Assembly (NCBI GenBank): GCA_025558095.1
Contig: JAIVFI010000032.1
Coordinates: 248,001 to 312,000 of the forward strand
Direction: 5' to 3'
Source of the DNA: Hyaloraphidium curvatum SAG 235-1
Taxonomy: Eukaryota; Fungi; Monoblepharomycota
Length of the DNA stretch: 64,000 bases
The translations under genes were made by a program, and so were the position numbers. The notes beneath the pieces were generated by a model that searched no databases, was not told the DNA's origin, and worked only from the letters and a program-made list of their open reading frames with translations. Numbering within the stretch: the stretch's first letter is position 1; every line of letters starts with the position of its first letter. Of this stretch, positions 54,972-64,000 are shown in pieces.

Positions 54972-56329
54972 ATGAGCCTTCCTGCCGCGGCGCGTGTGAC
55001 ACGCGCGCTCTCCGCGGTCGCATCGCTGCCGCTCGCCGCGCCGGCGCCCCGCGTCGCCGCGCTTCCTCGCCCCGCGCCGTCCCCCGCCCGCGCTCGCCGG
55101 TTCGCAGCGGCCGCCGCACAAACGGTCGAGGCGCCGCAACCGCCTGCGCAGGCCGCACCGCAGCCCGCTCCCGCTCCCGCTCCCGCGTTTGGCGCCGTGC
55201 CGGTGGGTGCTCGCCCGGCGCTCTTTCCTTCCAACCCGCTCACCCCCGTGGTAGACCTTCGTTTCGAGCGAATGGCTCGATCGCAACATCGGCCTCGTCG
55301 TGCCCGTCGACGCGACCTACCACCTTCCCAACGCCAACCGCAACGCCCACGGTGGGGGCATTCCGATCCCCGTCTCGCCTGGGCTCTGATCCCCTTCCCA
55401 CCCAGAGGAGTACCGAAAATGCCACCTCAAGAACGCACGCTTCTTCGACATCGACCGGGTCTCCCTCCCCGGCCCCCTGCCGCACATGCTCCCCACCCCC
55501 GAGGAGTTTTCGAAGCAGATGGGCGCGCTGGGCATCTCGGACACGGACCACGTGGTGATTTACGACTCGCACGGGCTGTTTTCGGCGCCGCGGGCGTGGT
55601 GGATGTTCAAGTGGTTTGGACACGCGAAGGTGTCGATCCTTGAGGGGGGGCTGCCGCAGTGGGTCAAGGAGGAGCGGGCCGTGATGGACTCGGAGGTCAA
55701 GCCGAAGGTGGGCGCACTCGGGACCGTCTACTTGTGCAGCAAGTTGACGCCTGTTCCGTATGTCTCCACAGCCAAAGTTCTACAAGGCGCGTCGGCCGGA
55801 CATGGCGATGGTGCGCAACTTTCAACAAATGATCGCGAACGTGGACAAGGCGGACCAGAACCCCGCCCAGGCCGAACAAGTGATCGACGGGCGCCCGGCG
55901 GACAGGTGGGCTTCGATAGGGAGGCAGATGACATTCCTTTGCTCATCTCTCTTCTCGGATGACGCCCACAGGTTTAACGGCGAGGCACCCGAACCGCGCA
56001 AGGTCCCCTCCGGCTCCATGCCCTTCAGCACCAACCTCCCCACCTCCCTCCTCGTCACCCCTACCGGCTCCCTCATCTCCCGCGCGGACCTCCTCGCCCT
56101 CCTCAAGGAGCGCTCCGTGGACCCCTCCCGCCCCGTCGTTGCCACCTGCGGCTCGGGCGTTTCGGCGGCGGTCATCATCCTCGCGCTGCACGAGCGCCTG
56201 GGGATCCCGCTCGAGAAGCTGGCGCTGTACGACGGGAGCTGGACCGAGTGGGCGGGGGGGGAGAGCAGGGGCGCGGTGATTGTGAACCGCGGGCCGAAGG
56301 TGCAGATCTCCGGAGGGTGGCTCGGGTGA
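54972..56329 (+). CDS. TUM1: 3-mercaptopyruvate/thiosulfate sulfurtransferase (tandem rhodanese) with mitochondrial-type presequence
   Basis: ARFFDID, LPHMLP, SAPRAWWMF, ILEGGLP, active-site TCGSGVSA, LYDGSWTEW. Confidence 0.92.
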
Positions 56330-56636
56330 CGGCGGTCGTGTGGACTGGTCGGCAGATGGGGCATTGGATTGGACCAAGTTGGATCTTGATTGGACGGTCG
56401 TTTGGAGGTGGAAGGGTGTGCGAGCGCGGAGATCGCGGACTGTGGACGCGTTCTGCGGCATGGCGCGGGTTGGAACATCTTGGAAGAGTTAATGCCAGAG
56501 ATATGTACAAGGGGATATCCGATGGAGGGATGTTCCGGCCCGGATGCCTCTCATGTCGGCGCGGGCCCGAGGAGAGAAGAGAGTCCCCGATGGGGAGACG
56601 AGTCCAGTAGTCCGAGACCGCCGCCGGCCACGCCGC

Positions 56637-57019
56637 CTAGCTCGTCGACGTCGGCTCCGATGGTGCCGCCGGCCGCGACTTCATCGCCTCGTAGGTCAGC
56701 GAGACGCCCAGCGCGCCAAAGGCCACGGCCTGCGCGACGACCCTGTCGGACACAACAGGCCCCGATGAGCCGGACCAGAGGAGCCGATGGCGATGTGGGA
56801 TTCCCACCTGACGCGCATGCTCTTCTGCAGCCCCTTCGAGTCGCGCGCAAACAGCCGCCTGCTGCCGACGAGCACCGAGCCGAGGGCGACGAGAGTCGCG
56901 ATGGGGATCACCGGGTTCTCCTTCGTGCGCCGCACCGCCCGCGCCAGAATGGTCTCGTCGCTCAGCTTCACCACGGGCTTCTGCCGCGCGGGCGGGTCGG
57001 GCGCCGCCGGAGCCGACAT
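56637..57019 (-). CDS. HIG1-domain protein (Rcf1/HIGD-like)
   Basis: KENPVIPIA...QKSMRVR|VVAQA, the HIG1 QxxMRxRxxAQ motif. Confidence 0.8.
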
Positions 57020-57419
57020 CGGTGTGGTGAGGGGCGGGGAAGTGGGAACGATCATCGATTGCCCGCCCCTGTGGATCAAACGACGGGGGTGATTCTGACA
57101 TTGAAACGGTACGTCCCCGGCGGCCTTCCCGTCAGCAAAGAAGTTACGGGTCTGTGGATGGTGGCCGATGTGAGAGCCTGGTCCTATGGCGGGGTGCGCG
57201 GCCGCCCCGGCGATCCGCGACGCCGAGGCCCGCGGAGCAGCGATAAAATGCAATAGCCCTGCCCGGCGGCAATGATCCGTGCTTGACACGACGACTGCGG
57301 GCACCGGCCGATGACAGATCGGGGTATGTGCTGACGGCGGTACCCGATCCGCCTGCCGCGGTCCGGACCCTTCTTCGTATCGGCGTCCCTGCCTCCCTCC
57401 CCTCCCCCGCGGGCGCCCG

Positions 57420-59625
57420 ATGCCGCCGGCGTCCGAGGGCTTCGACGCGGGCGGCTCGGGAGTGCTCTCAGCGCCGCCGTGGGTCACCGCGCTGCAGCAG
57501 GCGGTGCTGGAGCAGCAGGCGCTCGAGGGCATCGACCTCTTCCCGGCCGTGGACTCGGCGGCAAACGCCCTGAACATCGCCGGCTTCGCGCCGCAGCGGC
57601 TGTCGCTGTCGATCATCACGCGGCACCCCGGCCTCAGCGGGCTGGCCTACGTGTACAATGCCGCCGACGGCCGCGTGGTCTTCCTCGAGCGCCCGCCCGG
57701 CTTCCTCGAGGACAAGGAGCACCTCGAGAGCCCGCTGCACCATGTCATGACGACGAAAAAGACGCTGTTCATCGACGAGCCCGGGCTGACCACCGACCGG
57801 CGCTTCCCGATCATCGAGAACTTCGTCAAGGCAGGGGCCACCTCGTACGTCGCCCTGCCGCTGCACACCGCCCGCGGCGACACGCACGTGCTCGCGACGT
57901 GGACCGCCCGCCCCGGGGGCTGGTCGCGCGCGGATGTTCGTCAGATCGAGCTGGTCATCCCGCTCTTCACGCTCCTCGTCGAGGTCACGGAGAACCGCCG
58001 GCTGCTGGGCATCATTGGCACCGCCCACGAGGTCACCCAGCGTGCCCTGGCCGAGCAGGCCCTGCGGAGCGCCGACGAGCTGCTGAAGCAGCAGTCCATC
58101 GCCATGGAGCGGCTCAAGGCCGAGCGGGACGCGCGGTTCGAAGCCGAGAGGCTCCTCGCCGAGCGCAACGCCGAGCTGGCCGCGCTGGCCGTCTCTCTCG
58201 AGGCAAAAGTGTCGGAACGGACGAGGGAGCTCGAGGAGGCGCTGACGCGGGCAAACGCCGCCACCATGGCCAGGTCGAGGGTGGGTGCTCCGTTCCTCGC
58301 CCCGCTGATCCATTTCCTGATCCCGGCTCCTATCCCCGCCCGCCATCCAGTTCCTCGCTATGATGAGCCACGAGATCCGCACCCCTATGCACGGCGTCCT
58401 GGGCCTCGCGGAGCTTCTCTCCAAGACGGAACTCGACGCCTCCCAGGTGCGCTACGTCGACACCATCCAAACCACCGGCCGCGCGCTGCTCTCCCTCCTC
58501 AACTCCATCCTCGACTTTTCCAAGATCGAAGCCGGCCGCGTGGAGCTGGAACGCTTCGCCGTGGACCCCGCGCGGATCCTGGAGGAGGTCACCGCGCTGC
58601 TGGGCATCTCGGCCCGCGACCGTGGCATCCGCCTCGACGTCCGCGTGGCCGACGACGTGCCGCACCACGTCGAAGCCGACCCCACGCGGCTCCGGCAGGT
58701 GTGGGTCAACCTGATTGGGAACGCGGTCAAGTTCACGGAGCGGGGGAGCGTGGAGGCGTCGCTGGAGGTCGCCTCGCGCGCGGAGGGGAACTGCGTGCTC
58801 CGGGGTACAGTGCGGGACACGGGGCCCGGGATCGGGCCGGAAGCGCTGGAGAGGTTGTTCGAACCATTCACCCAGGCGGATGGTTCCATGGCGCGGCGGT
58901 TCGGCGGCACCGGGCTTGGCTTGACGATCTGCAAGGGCCTGCTGGAGCAAATGGGCGGGTCTCTGACGGTCGAGAGTACCTTGGACGTGGGCTCCACCTT
59001 TTCCTTCACCATCCCCGTGGCCACACCGGCCGCGGCACCGCCCCCGGCACCGGCCGAGGCGCCGCACGAGCCCGAAAACGTGGAAGGGCTGAGGGTCCTG
59101 GTGGTTGACGACAACCCCGTCAACAGGCTGGTTGCGGAGCGACAGCTCCGGATGATTGGTGTGCCAACGATCGCCGTGGCGTCTGGGGGCGCCGAGGCGC
59201 TCGACGCGCTGGCCTCGCGGACTTTCGACGTCGTGCTGATGGACGTGCAGATGCCCGGCATGGACGGGCTGACGTGCACCAGGGAGCTGCGGAAAATGCC
59301 GCTGGCGGTACAGCCGAGGGTGATTGCCATGACGGCCAACGCTTTCGAGGCGGACAGGAGGGCGTGCCAGGAGGCGGGGATGGACGGCTTTCTGGCGAAA
59401 CCGACCGGAATCGCGGCGCTGAAGGAGGCGCTCGCGGGGCCCCCGCACGAACCCCGGCCAGAGCCCCGGGACGAGCCCCGGCGCGACGTCGCCCGGATCG
59501 AAGCCCGGCTTGACGTCCTGGGGCGCGCCGCGTCGGGGCGTGTGGAGCACACGTACGTCAACGGGGCGGTGCATCCGGGTGCTGTCACCGCGGCAATTGG
59601 GTTCCGGAAGCACCAGACGATGTGA
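57420..59625 (+). CDS. Hybrid sensor histidine kinase (GAF-like, coiled coil, HisKA, HATPase_c, receiver); one intron 58281-58350
   Basis: RFLAMMSHEIRTPMHG, NLIGNAVKFT, DTGPGI, GGTGLGL; receiver VVDDN, LMDVQMPGMDG, FLAKP. Confidence 0.93.
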
Positions 59626-59788
59626 TTCATTACGATGATGTGGTTATTGATGGTGAAGCGCTTGTTGCCACGGAAGCAGAGCGATTAGAGAATGATGGAC
59701 GGACACTTGGCACTTGAACCAGTCAGGCAATCTATAGCGCGGCTCCAAAACAGCGAATGCTCTATGCATCTGACGTATGTAGTTGCGC

Positions 59789-61896
59789 TTAGGCGAGGTT
59801 GATCTTGACCGACTTGACCTGGCACCAGAGCTGGGGGGAGCTCGGATCAGCGTCGGAGCCCAAGCGAAACCGTACCCTTTCCCACCTCGAGGGCGTACTC
59901 GCCAAGCTCGCGACCTTGCCCGCTCTCTTTGTACCCTCCAAACGGTGTGGAGTTCTGTAGAACGTTGTAGCTGAAAGATGGATGGACAATGACGGGACGT
60001 GCTGGATGAGCGCCGCCCCTCCGGAGCCAACGCCCACACGGCACTCACCAGTTGACCCAAACGGTGCCCGCCTGCAGGGCGTTCGAGACGCGGATGGCAC
60101 GGTTCAGGTCCTTGGTGAAGACGGCGGCGGCGAGTCCGTAGGTGGTGTCGTTGGCGCGCTTGATGATCTCGGCCTCGTCCTTGAAGGTGTTCACCGCCAC
60201 GACGGGTCCGAAGATTTCCTCGCGCATGATCTTTGCGCTGTCGGGGACGTCCGTGAAGATGGTGGGCTCGATGAAGTAGCCCTTGTCGCCGTGGCGGTTT
60301 CCGCCCGTGACAAGCTTTCCCTCGGTCTTGCCAGTCTGTCGGCAAAGTCAGGCGACCATCGCGATCGCCGAGGACTGCGGATGCCTACCTCAATGTACTT
60401 CATAATCGAGTTGAACTGGATCTCGTCGACCTGCGGGCCCTGGTTGGTGGCGGGGTCGAACTGGTCGCCGACCTTGATAGACTTGGCGGCGGCCGTGTAC
60501 TTCTCGAGGAACTTTTCCTTGATGGCCTCGTGGACGTAGACCCTGGACGAGGCGCAGCACACCTGGCCGTGGCTGGGAAGCAGATGGGACAAGGTGAGCG
60601 AGGGTCGCCGTCGGGAAATCGACTCGCCTACTTGAAGAAGATGCCCATGTGGCACCACTGCACGGCCTGGTCGATGTCGCAGTCGTCGAAAACGATAGCG
60701 GGCGATTTGCCGCCGAGCTCGAGAGAGACCTTCTTGAGGTTGGTCTTGCTAGCGCTCTGGATGAGCAGACGGCCAGTGCGGGCGGAGCCGGTGAAGGCGA
60801 CTGCGGAGCAACGGGTCAGCCAAGATCACGGTGAGCGCGTTCAGAGGGCGCACCCTTGTAGATGTCGGGATGCTCAATTATGGCCGAGCCGGTGGTCGGG
60901 CCGTACCCGCTGACAACCTGGAGGACGCCGGGCGGGAGCACCTGGGCTGCGAGCTTGGCGAAGGCGAGGGCCGACAACGGGGTCTTTTCAGAGGACTTGA
61001 GGACGAGGCAGTTGCCGCATGCCAGAGCAGGGCCGACTTTCCAGGCCAGCATGAGCAGGGGGAAGTTCTGCGCGAGAATGCGAACGTGAGCAGGGATTCA
61101 ACGTGCATGGCCTGCAATGGTTCTCACCCAGGGGATGATGGCACCGCACACGCCGTAGGGCTCGTGACGGGTGTAGTTGAAGAAGTTGGGCTCGTCCATC
61201 ATGACCTGGGACGCACAATCAGCAAAGCATGCAAGTAGAGGGAGAGCCAGACGCAGCACACACCTTGCCGTGAATCTTGTCAGCGAAGCCGGCGTAGTAG
61301 CGCAGGCAGCTGGCGAGGCCGGGAACGTCCATTGCCCCAGCCATGGCAGCGGTCTTGCCCATGTCGAGCGCCTCGAGGTTGGCGAGCTCCTGCACGTTCT
61401 GGTCGACAAGCTCGCCGAGCTTCCAGAGCATCTTGCCGCGCTCGGCCGCCGGCGTCTTGGACCAGACATTGTCGAAGGCCTCCTGCGCGGTCTTGATGGC
61501 GAGGTCGACGTCCTCCTTGCCGGCCTCCTCGACCTCGCAGATGACCTCGCCCGTGGCCTGGGATGCAGTGAGCGACCACTCGCCGGCAGTCGAGGGACGC
61601 GGGTGCAAAACATTACTCACGGGGTTCACGGTGGGGAACTTCTTGCCGCTCTTAGCTTTCACAAACTGGTTGTTGATGAAGAGGCCCGTCTCTGTCAGCC
61701 GCGGATGCTGCGTGTGAGTCGGAGATACCAGCATGTCCTCGCACAGACAACCAACCGACGGTCTTCTTCTGACCAGCGACGATGATTTCGACTTCAGTCT
61801 GAGGTGGCGCACATCCCGAATGCGCCACGAGGTGAGCGATTCCGAGCGCTGGTTGCTTCCGCACGACCGTCGCGGCACGAAACTCACTGCAGACAT
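59789..61896 (-). CDS. Aldehyde dehydrogenase (ALDH1/2 family), multi-exon
   Basis: [26 protein letters not shown]|[41 protein letters not shown]. Confidence 0.95.
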
Positions 61897-62540
61897 GTTA
61901 TGTGCCTATGTTGCGGATCAAGGGGGTTGGGAAGGAGAGCGTTGACGAAAGCGCTGGAGACCTGGAGGCGAAGTGTGGCGTTGCCGTGGCCCCGCCGAGA
62001 GTTCCGCGCCGTAACGGAAGCGGCGTGCGGGAGCCAGCGGTCAGAGCGAGTCCCTCAGGCGTTCCGCAATGCCGCGCACACAGAGGTCCGAGAAGCTCGC
62101 GAGGGGAGACGTTTCGGAGGCTGCGATGAGCAATCGTGAGCCTCGAATTTATCTCATGGCGGGAATCGGCGGCCCAGACCGTGTGCGGCTCCGAAGCCGC
62201 TCCGGGCGGCTTCAAACTCGGACTGCCCCGCTTCCCCGCCATCCCTATGCCACACGCAAACCGCATTATGTGAGCCCGCAACTAGCCGGCGATGTCAGAA
62301 ATGTTTCTTCGGTAGCTGCCGCCGGATTAAGAGAGCGAATTCATGCACTCCCAGCCCTAAAGGCGCCGGGAGACGGAATAGACTCTTTTTTTTGGGATCT
62401 GGTTGGGATCGGCCGTCGGTGAGCCGTTAGTCATTGCCGCTTGCTGCGGGAGGCAAGGAGTCCCGACTACAAAGCTTCCCGTGTCCGCTCCGCCGCAGCG
62501 CACTTTCACCCAGTCTCCCGCACCTCAACGACTCGCAGCA

Positions 62541-63446
62541 ATGAGCGAAAAGGTCGACATCGTCTCCGGTCCTGCCGCTGCCCAAGCTGCGCATCGCATG
62601 ACCGCCAAGGTTCGTGCAGGGCGGACCAACAGTCTTGTGCCCCTACGTCATGGCCACTTCCGTCTCTGATACGTGCCGCTGGTGACCTCCAGGACTTCGG
62701 CGAGGTCACCCTTCGCGTGGACAGCGCCGCCGCCATCGGCACCCCGACTCCCGTCGGCCTGTTCGCCTTCGGCCTGACCTTGATCCAGCTTTCCTTCTTC
62801 TATGCCGGCTTTGTCGAGCCTGCCTTCGGTGGCATCGTTTTCGCGTTCGCATTCGCTCTCGGCGGCATCGTTCTCCTGATGGTCGGACAATGTGGGTCCT
62901 CCGAACCGCATAGCATACGATACTGACGGATGCTTCTCCAGGGGAGATGTACAAGAAGAACACTTTTGCTGCCACCGCATTCACCGTCTTCGGCGGCTTC
63001 TGGCTCGGTCTCGCCGTGTGGTTCCACGCCGGCCTAGCATGGCCCGCGGCCAACCCCGCCCTCACCAAAGGCTTCACGGCCTTCCTCTCCATCTGGGGCA
63101 TCTTCTCCTTTGTCCTGTTCCTGCTCACCCTTGTCACCAACTTTGCTCTGTGCTTCACCTTCTTCACTCTCGTGCGTCCCCCTACGCCCCGCACAGCTGC
63201 CGTGCCCCGCTGACCAGTGCGCTCCACCAATCGACTCAGACCCTCACGTTCTTCCTACTCGTTGGCGGGCAGTACACTCCTGGCGCGCTGACCGCCGGCG
63301 GCTACGTTGGCATCATCTGCTCCCTGGCTGCGATGTATACCGGAGCCGCCGTCCTGGCTGCCGAGATGCTGGGGAGGGAGGTGCTCCCCGTGGGTCCCAT
63401 GGCCGGCCTGTGGTCGCGCAAGGTGGATGAGGAGAAGATGGTGTGA
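62541..63446 (+). CDS. GPR1/FUN34/YaaH (Ady2/SatP) acetate transporter family protein
   Basis: GTPTPVGLFAFGLT (variant of NPAPLGL), GEMYKKNTFAATAFTVFGGFW, AGGYVGII; multiple TM segments. Confidence 0.88.
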
Positions 63447-64000
63447 TTCTTCCGCCCTCGGCCATGGAAGTCCTCGGGGAAACGGGCATGTTCGACGTCA
63501 AGAGTGCAAGATGTAACCAGCTTTGGAGAGTAGTCATAGAGTAGCCCTGCAATCGGAATAGCCTGCAACAAACCGCCTCCATTGTGGTCAAGGAACTACC
63601 TCCGTCGAGCTTGAACAATCCTATTTGAAGGGCGCGTTGGCGCGCACGCCCGCAACAACATAAGTCAACAAAGAACGACACTCAACGGCGACCGCGATGT
63701 TCGTTACTACGATCCTCCAGATCCTCGTGCAATTGATCAGGTGCGCGTTCCGCGGCGGAGAGGCCGCATCGCGCCAGCTCGCGTCCCAGTGCTCACTCCG
63801 CCTCCCTGCCCTGTGCGCGACGTCGTGGCCTGCTTTGCCGCTGGCCCATGTCGCCACGATCCACCCTTGGGAACCTTTTCGCGCGCCTGCACCCAGCGTG
63901 CCCTTCGAGCTCGTGATTCTCCTCCTCGATGTCCTCGGGCTCGGCGCGAAGCGGCTAAGGCCCAAGAAGCCCAAGAGCATATTGATTACCGGCGCGACGT

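Noticed and set aside
63621-64000. Minus-strand ORF at the window end
   Set aside because: No recognisable domain and truncated by the window; frame cannot be assigned.

Overview
Gene-dense, GC-rich eukaryotic DNA with many short (~50-60 nt) spliceosomal introns. Gene content (PEN-2, GT71 mannosyltransferase, fungal-type housekeeping genes) suggests an early-diverging fungus such as a chytrid or monoblepharid; this is inference. The first ~12 kb is a transposon island. It holds (i) a fold-back LINE fragment; (ii) an intact, very young Ty1/Copia element (688-6262, identical 224-bp LTRs, TSD GCTCT); (iii) an adjacent non-autonomous partner on the minus strand (6495-9569, TSD AAAAG); (iv) an interrupted membrane-protein gene; and (v) a degenerate 5'-truncated LINE. 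The partner is the most unusual system here. It carries near-identical LTRs and PBS but a highly diverged open ORF (partial Gag, zinc knuckles, catalytically dead protease, no IN/RT), three stacked PPT/U3 junctions and inverted (U5/U5) termini. From 12.3 kb on the window is a compact array: RPL30, PWWP protein, ALA1, BRX1, TOP1, polo kinase, PEHE protein, RPEL protein, GH36 Sip1, PMI, SF3B1, PEN-2, CUL3, RPS6, ARP3, UPF3, cytochrome b561, GT71, an F-box-JmjC-APH fusion and its partial duplicate, MPST/TUM1, HIG1, a bacterial-like hybrid histidine kinase, ALDH and a GPR1/FUN34/YaaH transporter. Gene spans include introns. Exon structures and alignments were read by eye, not computed.
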